Source of the DNA: Endomicrobiales bacterium
Lineage (GTDB): Bacteria > Elusimicrobiota > Endomicrobiia > Endomicrobiales > CAWCFT01
NCBI GenBank assembly: GCA_963794945.1
Contig: CAWCFT010000001.1
Coordinates: forward strand, 352,001-416,000
Direction: 5' to 3'
DNA length: 64,000 nucleotides
Part shown: one piece after another, positions 9,305 through 22,311 of the stretch
How positions within the stretch are numbered: position 1 is the first letter of the stretch
Layout: every line of letters begins with the position of its first letter
Notes under the pieces: model-generated
Seen by the model: the letters and a program-made list of their open reading frames with translations, nothing else
Told to the model about the DNA's origin: nothing
Database searches by the model: none
Made by a program: the position numbers and the translations under genes

Positions 9305-11784
9305 ATGTCAAATAGATTTACTGAAAGGGTTCAGCGGGTAATAATCATCGCCCAGGAAGAAGCTAAGAGACTCAACCACGACTATGTGGGCACTGAACAT
9401 ATACTGCTCGGCCTCGTTGCGCTTGGAGAAGGAGTACGCCGCGAAGATACTGGCCAACATAGGCGTTGACCTTAGAAAAGTCAGGACGGAAGTAGAGAAG
9501 CTGGTCGGCACCGGTGACAATGTTATGCTGCTTGGCGAGATACCTTTCACCCCGCGCGCCAAAAAGGTCCTTGAACTCGCAGTAGAAGAGGCTCAAAACC
9601 TCGGCCATACATATGTAGGCACCGAACATCTTCTCCTAGGCCTTCTGAGAGAAGAAGAGGGCATCGCGGCAAGGGTACTTGAAAATCTTGGAGTTAAGCT
9701 TAGTGACGTAAGGGAAGAAGTTATTAATCTTCTCGGTGAAGGCGGCGACGGACAACCGGCGCACGGCACACAGAACAAAGTCAAAGACAAAAACTCCCAA
9801 CCTCGATGAATTCGGCCGCGACCTTACGGCCATGGCCAGAGAGAACAAACTTGATCCCGTCATAGGCAGAAATGACGAAATAGAGCGCCTAATACAAATC
9901 CTTTCTAGGCGCACGAAGAACAATCCAGTTCTGATCGGCGACCCCGGCGTGGGAAAGACCGCGATAGTAGAAGGCCTTGCGCAGAAAATAGCATCCGGAG
10001 AAGCGCCGGAGATCTTGCTCTCCAAACGAGTTCTCACTCTTGATCTTGCCGGTGTTGTCGCTGGCACAAAATACCGTGGCGAGTTCGAAGCAAGACTCAA
10101 GAACATAATGGAAGAGATCAGGCGGTCAAAGAATCAAGTAATAATATTCATTGATGAGCTTCATACCGTAATAGGCGCGGGAGCTGCCGAAGGCGCTATT
10201 GATGCATCGAACATGCTTAAACCTGCGCTATCCAGGGGAGAGCTTCAGTGTATAGGAGCAACAACTCTTGACGAGTACCGTAAGCACATAGAACACGACG
10301 CGGCGCTTGAGCGCAGATTTCAACCTATAGTTGTTGAACCGCCAAGCGTAGAAGAAACTATTTCTATAATCGAGGGTTTAAAAGAAAGATACGAGATCCA
10401 CCACAAAGTTATATATACAGCGGGAGCCGTAAGGGCCGCGGCAGAGATGTCGGACAGGTATATCACAGATAGATTCCTTCCTGACAAGGCAATTGACCTT
10501 ATCGATGAAGCAGGGGCCAAAGCCAAACTTCAATCAACACAAACGCCTGATTATCTTAAAGCGAAAGAGGAAGAAGTCGCAAAACTCACAGCTGACAAAG
10601 AAGCCTCCATAGCGAAACAAGAATATGAGAAGGCTGCTAGGATGCGCGACAAAGAAAGGGAGCTCCGAAAAGCTCTTGAAGAAGCCAAGAAAAAATGGCG
10701 CTCAAGCCGCGAAGAAACGAAACCGCAGATCACAGCCGACGATATCGCACATCTTATAGCAAAATGGACGAGGATACCTGTAACGAAACTTACAGAGAAA
10801 GAATCCGAAAAGCTCCTTCATATGGAAGATGAACTAAAAAAAAGGGTTTTGGGACAGGACGAGGCTATAAAAGCCATCTCTCATGCTATCAGGCGTTCAA
10901 GGACAGGCCTTAAAGACCCAAAGAAACCGATCGGAAGTTTTATTTTTCTGGGCCCGACAGGTGTCGGAAAAACTGAGCTGGCCAGAACACTGGCAGAATA
11001 CCTTTTTGGTGACGAAAGCTCACTTATACGCATAGATATGTCCGAATTCATGGAGAAATATTCTGTTTCCAGGTTAATCGGTGCACCTCCCGGCTATGTA
11101 GGATACGAAGAAGGCGGCCAGCTTACTGAACAGGTTCGCCGCAGGCCATATTCGGTCGTTTTATTAGACGAGATTGAAAAAGCCAGCCCTGAAGTGTTCA
11201 ATATACTTCTGCAAATACTAGACGACGGCATACTCAGTGACAACCTAGGACATAAGGTTAATTTCAAAAATACTATAATTATTCTGACCTCAAATGTTGG
11301 CGCCAGGATGATATCTAGAGGTAAATCCTTGGGCTTTCTGGTGCAGGATAACTCTAATTCGGACTATATGAATATAAAAGAGACTGTAATGGAAGAACTC
11401 AAGAAAGCTTTTAACCCTGAATTCCTCAACAGGATCGATGATATACTCGTTTTCCATCCGCTTGACAAACCAGAGATGAAGAAGATACTTGACCTCATAC
11501 TCGAACGTGGAAAGGGCAAGCATATACCCCAAGGTTTCAGCATAGAACTCACAGATAAGGCAAAAGAGTTCCTTCTGGAAAAGGGTTTCGACCCGAATTT
11601 CGGCGCAAGGCCGCTCCACAGGACCATACAGAAATATCTCGATGATATTGTCGCAGAAGAGATCCTAGCCAACCATATTGTCAAAAGCACCACCGGACAA
11701 CCTACGAAAATAATAGCAGACCTTGCTTCTGACGGCAAAAAACTGGAGCTTACGCTTAGAGAAAAACCTAAAGTCGTTTCATAA
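9305..11784 (+). CDS. clpC: ATP-dependent Clp protease ATP-binding subunit ClpC, two apparent indels (~9437, ~9780)
   Basis: SD AAGGAG and ATG at 9305. [12 protein letters not shown]...[12 protein letters not shown] begins a double Clp-N region. Also GDPGVGKT, a UVR coiled coil, [20 protein letters not shown] and GARPL. Confidence 0.95.
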
Positions 11785-14700
11785 TGTTTAAAAAACTGCT
11801 GTATCCGTCATTACTACTGATACCAGCGATAATCATCGGCGCGTATTTCTCGTGGCGTGTGCAATTCATAGAAGGACCAATCCGTGCAGCCCTCCACAAC
11901 CTGACCGGCAGAAATGTAACGTTCACAAGGGTTGTTTACCGTCCTTTCACACAGATATCCATCGAAAACCTCAATATTGACGGTATCATATCGGCGCCTA
12001 TCGTTACATTCTATATTAACCCTCTGAAGCTTGTTAAAACGCATAACATCCCGTATTCCATAAGGAAAGTGATACTATATACACCTGATATAAATTTATC
12101 GGGGGCTTCCAGCTCAGCACTGCCATTTAACACTTACACTGCATCAGGCACTAAATCTCTAAAAACACCTACCGACTTAGTCCTTATTTGGAATAACGGC
12201 AAAATATCTTTAAATGACGTATCTCTCTCGGCATGTTCAGGTCGTGCGATCATTAACGATGTCGTTAACGCACGCATAAATGGAAAAATGCTTGGCGGTA
12301 AAATTGACTGTGAAGTAATATCAGCTAACAGAAAAGGCGAACAGGTTGTAAATATCGTTGGCGGCTACAATGGATTAGGGCTAGATGTGGGCGTCAAGAT
12401 TTTCGGTAAGCTTAAGGATTCAGGTTCTATTGAAGCTTACTGTGAAATACCTAAAATCAGAGCGGGTAATTACTCTTTGAACGATTCAAGTGGAAATTTC
12501 ACGTTCGACAACAGAGCTGTGTCGGGTAGGCTATATACCAAGACCGGAGTTCTGATGTTCGACGGCTCAGATTTTAACCATTTTACTTCGTCCGGCAGTT
12601 TCAAGCTTAAAAATATTTCCGGCATCGGAAGCGGTATAGTCGATGTCCATACTTATAAAAACGATGACGAGTTCAGCGGCCATATTTATGTGTCATCCGT
12701 ATCAGCAGGATCGTTCATGCTTGATAGCGCAAATGTTTATTTGAAGAGCGACCCGAGCGGCGCTTGGAGCCTTAAAGGCAAGCTGATGCCGTCAAAATAC
12801 ACTATTGAAGGATTGCTAACTAAAGACTTAAATCTTACAGTAGCTATAAAGTCTATCAACAATGGCTCGGCAAACATCTCCGGCAGCCTGGCTCCTTTAT
12901 CCATTAAAGTTTCAGTCAATAACTGGGGCCTCTCTGGTACGCCTTTCATCGAATCATTTTATCCGGGCATTACCGGCAGACCTTTCAATTGATGGAGATA
13001 TCAAGCCATACTACCAAAAGTATTCAGTTTTTATCAGCGGCCTGAAATACATAACTATGCCGGCAGATTCGCTTACCGGAACTGTGATAAGGAAAAACGG
13101 CAAATGGTTCGTTAACGCTAAGTCGTTATCAAACAGCTGGGATTTTAAATCTAAGTACGCGGATAATAATGTATGGGACGCTGACATTTCATTCGATAAA
13201 TGCCCGCTAAATAATATATCGGGTTGGCTTAATGACGGACATGTCCTAAGCGGAACACTAACCGGAACGGCTAACTATTCATCAACAAAGGATGGCAACA
13301 TTAAGTTGTCCGCGACAGGCTTGGCTTACGACAATCAACCTATCGGTGATACAAAGTTGAGTATTTCTTTGACAAAGGAAGCAATCAAAGTTGACAGTAT
13401 TACCGTTTACTTAAAAGAAGGCAAGGCAATTATATGGGGGCAAGTAGGCCTTTCTAAAACCGTAAGCGATACAAACCTTAACTTTGACATTCACCAGCTG
13501 CCCGCTGGGAGCTTACTTATTGATGGTAAGCTGATTTTAACCGGCAAGACACGGAGTGACGGATTTACAGATTTCTCCGGCAACATTAAAAGCGATAATT
13601 TCAGTATAAACAAATGGTCTACAAAAGAAATATACGCTTCTATAAAGTTATATGGTGACACGCTTTCCATAAACGATTTTATATGCGCCCCATATTTCAA
13701 GGGCGATTTGAACCTTACCTTTCCACAAAAGACATTAAAAGGCAAATTTCTACTGCAAGATATTCCTCTTAAGAAAATTAATCCTCTTATGAGTGGAATT
13801 GCGAAAGGTGTTCTTAATATTAAAGGTAATATTCTTTTTCCTGAACTTGAACTGAAGTATTCGGCTTCGGGAACTGTCTTCAATGATGTCTCTTTTGACC
13901 ACGCCGGCGATCTTAAGTATTTCAATGGTTTACTTAATATAAATAATATAAGATTATCATGCGGTAAAAGTTTCGCAGATGTTAGTGGGGTGATTTTTCC
14001 GAAAATCAGTTTAAAAGCTGCTTTTTCAAATGTTACCGGAGATATCATAAAACAAATATCTAACATGAAGAGCGCGTTTGGCGGCACATTCTCAGGTGAA
14101 ATGGAAGTTAAAGGAAGTGTTTCAAGGCCGGAAATATCAATCGGTGCAGTCGGCAACAACGTTTCATACGGAGATATTCATCTAAGCGAACTAAAAGGGC
14201 ATGCCTTTTATAGTAATAACATAATCAAATTGAACGCACTTGACGCTAAATATTCAGACAGCGAATTAAAGTTATTGCCCGCCAGCTCTATAGATCTTAA
14301 AAAATCACAATTCGTTATCAAGACCGAGTGTCGGAACGTGCATGTTGGCCCATTCGATGTATTTGGCGGAATTAATGCCACGGGTAAATATGACATATCG
14401 TCAAAAGGGAAAATAGGAGTATTGGCTGACATTTTTGCCAAGAATGTATGGATAAATCAGTATAATCTTACAGATTTCAAAACCGAACTAAAATTAAAGG
14501 ATGGAGTTGTAGAATTCCAACCTAAAGATAAATCCGAACTTAAACTAATAGGGCGGGTTGATCTTAACCAAATGCCGCAAATTAGTGTTCATCATTTAAG
14601 AATTAACTACGAAAATATAAAAGAACTCGCAATCGAAGGCGAGATAGGAAATGATAAATGGGATTTCACGGTATCCGGGAAGAATATTGAAGTATCCGCC

Positions 14701-16479
14701 GCGAGCGAGCTGGCAGGACTTACTTTCCCATGTGACGGCAGCATGGATATTAATATTACGGGCAAAGGTTCCCTAGAAAAACCCCAGTTGGAAGCCAGCA
14801 TAGACCTTTATAAAGGCCAGATATCAAGCATTCCTTATGATAATATCTATTTTTTATTAAGCGCAAAGAAGGATGTTATCACAATACTTAAATCCAGGGT
14901 AACAAGTAAGGGAAAATACTCTATATTGGCAAGCGGCTATTTCGCCTTTCTGCGTCACACAAGAAGGTTATAAAAAGGTGAAGAATAATTCCATCGACCT
15001 CAATGTTACGGCAGAACAAGGATCATTGTCTATTCTTAATGGGCTTACCAGCGAGATAGAAGATGCAAAAGGAAGTTTCAAGGCTCAAGCCCACATAACG
15101 GGAACATTGGCAAAACCAATCGCAAATGGTTATTTCAGCACAAAAGACGGCGAAGTCAGGTCAAACCGCTATTTCAAAAAACTAAAATCACTTAATATAG
15201 ACCTTTTTTGGAGGAACAACCTGCTTGCCGTTAAAGAATTCTCTGGCAGGATAGGGGATGGCATCGTAAAAATCAAAGGTAAGGTATTTTTTAACGGTAT
15301 AACCCCTCAAAAATATGACCTTACCTTTTTTAGCGACGGAAAAAACGGTATACCAATATCTGTGCCTGAGTTGCCTATCCCGTCACCGCTTTTTAAATCC
15401 GAAGACTGGCAGTTCCTGTCGAATCTTTCGCAGGGAGAGCCGCGTTTTTCGGTTCATTTCAGCGGTCCGAGTGATAACCCGCTTCTGTCCGGGTGGGTAA
15501 TACTTGAGAAAACCCATTTTACATATCCGTCACTTGCCAAAGGCACTGGCAGGGAGTCGATCTTTGACGATCTTTGGCCGAAACTTAATTGGAATATAGA
15601 ACTGATCTCAGCTAAAAATACATGGTATGACAACGAACTTGTCAGCGCCAATATTACTGGGAGTATCAAATTTACAGGAAGAGGGCTGCGCCAAATGTTA
15701 ATGGGCACATAGAATGTGTAAATGGAAGCGCAATGTATTTCGGGACGGAATTCAAGATTACGCAAGCGATACTTGATATAAGTAAAGAAGGCGTATTTTT
15801 GCAAGGTGAGGCGGAAAGTGAGGTTTACAATAATTCCCCGGGCACCCCGGGAACTCCAGACAATAATGATACAATACAGATGTTCATAGACAAAGCGGAT
15901 ATAACAAAGATACAGCCTCGTTTCGTGTCCAAGAATGACCCAACCATAACCCCGACAAGGGCTATGGCTATCGCAACTGGAGTAGACCCGGAATCGACAT
16001 CGACAACAGATATGTCGCTGATGATGAGAAAATCTATAATTAGATTAATGGATTCCTCTCTTACTACGCCGTTAGCTAAGAATCTTCTAAGGAGAAGTGG
16101 GATGGTAGACACTTTCAAGGTGCAGTACGTGCCTCAGGAAGCTGTAATACCTGCTGACGCTTCGAACCCGACTATTCCTGAGCTGCTTTCCGGAACAAAA
16201 TATTCTCTTGAAAAGTATATCACGGACAGAATGCTATTCGGATACTCTATGACTTTGGACGAAATGCAGAATAAAATCTTGCCGCGTCACGCGCTGGAAC
16301 TTTCCTATAATATGTTAAAAAACATGCTCCTTAAAGGCACATACGAATTAGAATCAGAAAATCCTCTGCATCAGACGGAAAGACGCATAACCATCGAGAA
16401 ACAATGGAGGTTTGGGTCTATTAATAAAAAAGATGTGTCAAAACCCGCAGATGATCTAAAAAACTACAACCCCAAATAG
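11784..16479 (+). CDS. TamB/AsmA-like very large beta-rich inner-membrane-anchored protein, in four frameshifted pieces
   Basis: N-terminal TM helix and repeated beta-taco-like motifs (GVLNIKGNILFPEL, VKGSVSRPEI, ITGKGSLEKPQL, HITGTLAKP, FSGPSDNPLLSG). The C-terminus ...KYSLEKYITDRMLFGYS...EKQWRF resembles TamB, and the gene lies directly upstream of bamA. Confidence 0.75.
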
Positions 16480-16609
16480 ATAAATATATGCTTGAATAAT
16501 GAATAAATATATACAACAGAAAGTGTCACTATCTGCCTATTATTAATCATAATAATCCCATCCTGAACGACTTTTGCCCGGCATAATTCATTATTGAATA
16601 ACCATATAT

Positions 16610-16638
16610 TTGATTATTTTTCATTATTTTAATATAAT
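16610..16638 (+). promoter_or_regulatory. putative sigma70 promoter of bamA operon
   Basis: TTGATT, 17 nt, TATAAT; AT-rich context lowers certainty. Confidence 0.55.
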
Positions 16639-16745
16639 ACTGAAGTATTTTGCATATTTTACCTGATTTTCAAACTGCTTTTGATTTGCAATTATGTTTA
16701 AGATGTTGTTTAACCGGGCTATCCAAATACACGGGAGTATATTTC

Positions 16746-19037
16746 ATGAAGAAAGCAGTATTAATATTAGTTGTTGCGGGACTTTTTTTGTCAGCTGGCG
16801 AGGCGCAAGCAAAAAAAGCCTTAAACACTATAAAATATTCAAAAACCATAAGTGCCGTTGCGGTAGAAGGCTTGATCAATGTAAAAGAAAAACTTGTTAG
16901 AAATCAGCTAAAACTGCAAAAAGGGAAAGCATATCAGGATGATGCCGCAAAATCAGACATGCAATCAATACTGGAGCTTGGTTATTTCGATAATGTCGAA
17001 GTAGCTGTTGATACATCTACCTGGAAGGTAACATACAAAGTTAAGGAAAAACCCTATATCAAGAAAATTAGTTTCAAGGGTAATAAAGTCTTCTCCCTAG
17101 GAAAGCTAAAGGGTGAGATGACGCTAAAGGAAAAGGAATTCTACGATCTGGCAAAGTTTGAAGAATCCAAGACAAAGGTCATTACGTTATATAAAGACAA
17201 AGGATATGCGGACGTAAAGCTTGAAACCGTCCCAACTATAGATGATGTCACAAACTTAATGGTGCTTACTTTTATTATCACGGAAGGGAACCGCATTCTT
17301 ATTGGCGATATTAAAATCGAAGGCGCGACAGCTTACAAATCCAAAAAAATCCTAGGACTGATGAAAACAAAGCCGAAGAAGGTTTATAAAGAAGAGACCC
17401 TTCAAGAAGACAGAAGAGAAATAGAAAAATTTTACAAAAATAACGGTTATATTAAAGCGGAAACTTACACTCCTGTGATCACATACAATAAGGACCGTAC
17501 ACTAATGAGCATACTAATAACGATGAAGGAAGGCGCAAAGTATAAGATTGGCAAGATCGCTTTTCAGGGTAACACTGTGTTTTCAGTGAAGGATCTCGAA
17601 AAGGTTCTTTCTATAAAAACAGGGAAGTTGTTCAGTGACGAAAAGCTTCAAGATAGCCTTCAATCCATGCAAGAGATGTATTCGGACAAAGGATATTTGC
17701 ACGCGAGGATAAGGCCAGATTTTAACCCCGATGAACCAAATGGCATCATGAATATTACTTTTGATATAACGGAAAACGATATAGTTTATCTTGGCACCCT
17801 TTATGTCGACGGTTTGACCAATACCAAAGAATACGTGATCCGAAGGGAAGTATTACTTAAAGAGGGCGATGTATTTTCAGCGGCAAAGGTGCGTAGAAGC
17901 CTCGAAAAGATTAACAACCTGGGTTTTATAGAATCTGTCGACCCTCAGCTCCAGCCAACTGAAAAACGCGATGTAACAGATCTTGTGCTCAACGTTACCG
18001 AAGGAAAACCGGGAATGCTGACTGCCGGTGGTGGTTATTCCTCAGTTCAAGGCTTGGTAGGCACATTGCAGCTCCAGCATATTAATCTTTTTGGAAGGGG
18101 AGAAAGATTGAACCTGCAATATCAGTTCGGCTCTCTGCAGAATAGTTATCAGGTCACATGGACCGAACCATGGTTAATGCAGAAACCTACTGCCTTAAGT
18201 TTAAGTTTATTCAATACACAGACAATACTTGCATATGCAACCACGATCAGCGCATACCAGGAAAACAGAAAAGGTACATCCGTGACAGTAAGTCCCAGGC
18301 TTAGTGATTTTCTTAGCTTATCGTTCATGTACACATATGAAGATATCGCCATATCTAATATTGACGCCTCGGTCGCTTACAGTTCTTCATACCCTACGGG
18401 TATATCGCCGTCTAACGCTATAACCTCAAGTTTACAAACTTCGATAATTTGGGATACAAGAGATAATATTTTTGACGCCTCAAGGGGCGGCAAAAAATCA
18501 CTTTCATTGCAGTATGCCGGCGGCCCGCTTGGAGGGGACATTAACTTTATTAGGGCCGTTGCCGCGAGTTCGTGGTACTTCCCGACGTTTTGGAAATTCG
18601 TTCTGTCGGTGAACCTCCAGGCCGGTGCGATAGATAAGTTCAATACTGATCAGGATGTTCCAATTTATGAGAGGTTCTATGTCGGCGGCGCGGATACTGT
18701 AAGAGGTTATCAATACAGGACAGAGATAGGGCCTCTTCAGGGTGGAAAAGCTATGGGTGTGGCAAATATAGAGTATAAATTCCCTATTGTTTCCGAAAAG
18801 AACCACACAGTTCTTCAAGGAGCATGTTTTTATGACATTGGCGGTACCTGGTTAAGTGCGGACGATATCGACCTTTCGCTAGGTGAAGAAAGGACAAAAC
18901 TCAAGGCCGGTATCGGTTTTGGGATACGTTTTACAACACCCGTCTTTCCGCTAAGGCTTGATTGGGGGTACGGTCTTAATCATGCTCCTGGAGAAGCCCT
19001 AACTCAATTCTACTTTACTATAGGGAACATTTTTTAA
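16746..19037 (+). CDS. bamA: outer membrane protein assembly factor BamA
   Basis: SD GGGAG and ATG at 16746, signal peptide, POTRA repeats, VIRRE, GGADTVRGY, PLRLDWG, C-terminal FTIGNIF. Confidence 0.95.
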   Translation: MKKAVLILVVAGLFLSAGEAQAKKALNTIKYSKTISAVAVEGLINVKEKLVRNQLKLQKGKAYQDDAAKSDMQSILELGYFDNVEVAVDTSTWKVTYKVKEKPYIKKISFKGNKVFSLGKLKGEMTLKEKEFYDLAKFEESKTKVITLYKDKGYADVKLETVPTIDDVTNLMVLTFIITEGNRILIGDIKIEGATAYKSKKILGLMKTKPKKVYKEETLQEDRREIEKFYKNNGYIKAETYTPVITYNKDRTLMSILITMKEGAKYKIGKIAFQGNTVFSVKDLEKVLSIKTGKLFSDEKLQDSLQSMQEMYSDKGYLHARIRPDFNPDEPNGIMNITFDITENDIVYLGTLYVDGLTNTKEYVIRREVLLKEGDVFSAAKVRRSLEKINNLGFIESVDPQLQPTEKRDVTDLVLNVTEGKPGMLTAGGGYSSVQGLVGTLQLQHINLFGRGERLNLQYQFGSLQNSYQVTWTEPWLMQKPTALSLSLFNTQTILAYATTISAYQENRKGTSVTVSPRLSDFLSLSFMYTYEDIAISNIDASVAYSSSYPTGISPSNAITSSLQTSIIWDTRDNIFDASRGGKKSLSLQYAGGPLGGDINFIRAVAASSWYFPTFWKFVLSVNLQAGAIDKFNTDQDVPIYERFYVGGADTVRGYQYRTEIGPLQGGKAMGVANIEYKFPIVSEKNHTVLQGACFYDIGGTWLSADDIDLSLGEERTKLKAGIGFGIRFTTPVFPLRLDWGYGLNHAPGEALTQFYFTIGNIF

Positions 19038-19055
19038 CTTGCAGGAGAGTATTAA

Positions 19056-19829
19056 ATGAAAGTTTTTAAATTAACCTTTTCAGCCGCTTTGATTATTGCA
19101 GCATCTGCGCTGTTATTGAGCGAGCGTTTATTGGCTGTTACGATACCGCTGGATAATGCGGTAATCAATAGTTCCAGCCAGAACCAGGAGAATAACTCTA
19201 AAGGTTCATCATCGGGCGGAATAGCATACGTTGATATAGAGTTTATCTTCAACCAGCACCCGATGACCGCGCGTCTTAAAACCGAATTTGAAGCTGAAGT
19301 CGATAAACGCAAAAAAGAATTCATGCTCATCGAAAGCTCAATGACCAGCATACAGGATGTTATAGTTTCAAGCACAGCTGAGATAAGCAAACTTAAGGCA
19401 GAAATAGACCAAGTGAAGAAGGCCATCGAAGAAAAGAATCAGCCTCCAAAAACCATGGTTCTGCCGGGCACGACTAACGTTATTTTAGTTACACCGGCTG
19501 TCAGCTCAACAACCTTGAAGGCTGACCCGTCTATTATTGATGCTGACGAAAAAATAATTAAAGAAAGAGAGGCAACAATCGCCTCGTTGAAAGAAATATA
19601 TTCGAAAGACAAACATGAGATCGATGTAAAGACAAAAACAAATAAAAGCGATCTAGTTAAGCTTGAGGCCGACAATACTCAGGAAGTGCTTTCGGATATA
19701 TATAAGATCCTAGGCAAGATAGCTACGGAAGAAGGTATAACGATAGTTGTCGATAAGAACAATGTTCTTTACGGACAAGCTTCTCAAGATCTAACACAAA
19801 AGGTACTGGAACGAATGAGAGGCCATTAG
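19056..19829 (+). CDS. OmpH/Skp family periplasmic chaperone (extended)
   Basis: Signal peptide, IAYVDIEFIF, long coiled coil, C-terminal IVVDKNNVLYG..DLTQKVLERM; lies between bamA and lpxD. Confidence 0.8.
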   Translation: MKVFKLTFSAALIIAASALLLSERLLAVTIPLDNAVINSSSQNQENNSKGSSSGGIAYVDIEFIFNQHPMTARLKTEFEAEVDKRKKEFMLIESSMTSIQDVIVSSTAEISKLKAEIDQVKKAIEEKNQPPKTMVLPGTTNVILVTPAVSSTTLKADPSIIDADEKIIKEREATIASLKEIYSKDKHEIDVKTKTNKSDLVKLEADNTQEVLSDIYKILGKIATEEGITIVVDKNNVLYGQASQDLTQKVLERMRGH

Positions 19830-19849
19830 AGCCGGGTTTAGATACGACC

Positions 19850-20885
19850 ATGAAGATACAGTTAACTGAACTAACCAAACTAATTGAAGGCAGCCTTGAA
19901 GGAGACGGAGCGGTCGTTATAACCGGAGCCGCCGGACTTGAAGAAGCCGGGCCTGGAGATATAACGTTTCTGGGCAACCAAAAATATCTCCCGCTTGTTG
20001 CAAAGACAAAAGCTGCAGCTGTAATAGTCCCTGAAAATTACAAAGGCGATTCGAAGGCTGTTATAAGAGCAAAAAACCCGCAGCTTTTCTTTTGCCAAGG
20101 TGCTGGTGTTGATAGACAGGGATCGGCTGTCATCGCTTCAACCTGGTATAGATGCTAAGTCTTCTGTGTCAAAAAACGCTTCACTCGGAAGGTCCGTTCA
20201 CATCGGGCCTTTTGTTGTAATAGAGGAAGGAGCAGTTATCGGAGACAACACCGTAATTACTGCCAATTGCTACATAGGAAAGAATACCAAGATCGGTAGC
20301 GGTTCACTGTTATACGCGAACGTAAGTATACGCGAGAATATTACTATAGGCAGGAACGCCATAATCCATTCCGGAACAGTTATCGGGTCCGACGGCTTTG
20401 GTTTTGTCCCGCTAGGAACTATGAATTTCAAGATACCGCAGATCGGGGTCGTCATGATCGGCGACGATGTGGAGATCGGCGCGAACTGCGCTATTGATCG
20501 CGCGACCACTGGCGCCACGCGGATCGGCAACGGTACCAAGATCGACAACCTGGTACACATTGCTCACAACATACAGATAGGCGAGAACTGCTGCATCGCG
20601 GGTCAAACAGGTTTCGCTGGTTCCGCAAAGCTTGGCAACAACGTCATGATAGCCGGCCAGGCCGGTATTAACGGTCATATTACGGTAGGAAACGGCGTTG
20701 TTATTGGCGGGAAAGCTGTAGTTATAGGAGATGTACCTGACAATACAATGATATCAGGCTACCCAGCCAGGCCACACAGAGAGAATATGAAGATCCAGGC
20801 GCTTATAGGTAAACTGCCTGAGTTTTATGAAACCTTAAAGAACATAAAAAAGAAGCTGGAAGATAAATCTAATAACCAGGCATAG
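19850..20885 (+). CDS. lpxD: UDP-3-O-acylglucosamine N-acyltransferase, one apparent indel (~20090)
   Basis: ITFLGNQKY, hexapeptide repeats, [23 protein letters not shown]. Confidence 0.93.
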
Positions 20886-20937
20886 TGATTTAATTTTTTG
20901 CGGACTTAAAATACCAACCTTGGGAAACGAGAGGATA

Positions 20938-22311
20938 ATGAGCGAAAATCAGAGGACGATCGCACAGGCAGTTCATATCGAAGGCGTTGGGCTCCATACG
21001 GGAAACCTCAGCAAGATCACTTTCAAGCCGGCCCAAGAGAATACAGGCATCAGGTTCATACGGGTTGACCTTAAAGATAAACCCTGCATGACTGCCGGTT
21101 TTAACCATGTCATGGGCACGCCGGTCCGGGGGACCAGCATCGGAAACGAATCAGCCCCTGTCCACACTATAGAACACATAATGGCAACGTGCCTGGGCCT
21201 GGGCATTGATAATCTCGAAATAGATATAACCAACAATGAACCTCCCATACTGGACGGGAGCGCTAAAATTTTCGCTGAACTGCTTAACTCTGCCGGCATC
21301 AAGGAATTGAACGCCAAACGCACATACATGACACTTAAGGGGCCTGTGACCTACGAATCAGGTAAAACAAAGATCACGGCGGTCCCTGCTGACGACCTAA
21401 AGATAGAGTGCAGTATAGCATACGACCACCCGTACCTTCAAGACCAGAGCATGACTTTTGTCCTTTCCCGCGACGGTTTTCTTAATGAGATCGCGCCATC
21501 GAGGACTTTTTGTTTTGACTACGAGATCGAAGCGCTTAAAAACAACGGACTTGGCAAGGGTGGGGACTTCTCAAACGCTCTTGTAGTAGGCATTCACGGC
21601 ATAAGGAACCCTGACAACAAGCTGCGTTTCAGCGACGAGTTCGTGCGCCATAAACTTTTAGACTTTTTGGGAGACCTTTACCTGCTTCAAAAACCTCTCA
21701 AGGCTCATATAACCGCGGTAAGGTGTGGGCATAACCACAACATTAAATTTGTAAAAATGATAGCAGACTCGCTCGTGGAATACAGCTCAGAGAAATTTAG
21801 ACCGGAGGAAACCAAAATGCAAGAACAGCAGCCTATGGCCGGTAAGGTGTTCGACATCAACGCCATACAGAGAACAATACCTCACCGCTATCCATTCCTT
21901 ATGGTAGACAGGGTTGTTATCACGGAAGAAATGAAAAAAGCTGTCGGTTATAAGAACGTTAGCGGCAATGAGAACCATTTTCAGGGCCATTTTCCCGGAA
22001 ATCCTATTATGCCCGGAGTACTGATAGTCGAAGCCATGGCGCAGACGGCATGCGTTATGCTTCTTTCTCAACCTGCATTCAAGAATAAATACGCATACTT
22101 TTTAGCTATAGACGCCGTTAAGTTCAGAAAGCTGGTCATACCCGGTGATGTGCTCGAGCTCAGGATAGAAGCGCTGAGGCTTCGCGAGAGAGGCGGCAAA
22201 GTCAGAGGCGAAGCTTACGTCAATAATATCCTAGTCACAGAAGCCGAATTCATGTTTGCTATAGCAGACAAAGAGGTGTCCGATGATACATCAAACAGCG
22301 ATAGTAAGTAA
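20938..22311 (+). CDS. lpxC: bifunctional LpxC deacetylase / FabZ dehydratase fusion
   Basis: LpxC motifs [30 protein letters not shown] are in frame with FabZ motifs [28 protein letters not shown]. Confidence 0.92.
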   Translation: MSENQRTIAQAVHIEGVGLHTGNLSKITFKPAQENTGIRFIRVDLKDKPCMTAGFNHVMGTPVRGTSIGNESAPVHTIEHIMATCLGLGIDNLEIDITNNEPPILDGSAKIFAELLNSAGIKELNAKRTYMTLKGPVTYESGKTKITAVPADDLKIECSIAYDHPYLQDQSMTFVLSRDGFLNEIAPSRTFCFDYEIEALKNNGLGKGGDFSNALVVGIHGIRNPDNKLRFSDEFVRHKLLDFLGDLYLLQKPLKAHITAVRCGHNHNIKFVKMIADSLVEYSSEKFRPEETKMQEQQPMAGKVFDINAIQRTIPHRYPFLMVDRVVITEEMKKAVGYKNVSGNENHFQGHFPGNPIMPGVLIVEAMAQTACVMLLSQPAFKNKYAYFLAIDAVKFRKLVIPGDVLELRIEALRLRERGGKVRGEAYVNNILVTEAEFMFAIADKEVSDDTSNSDSK

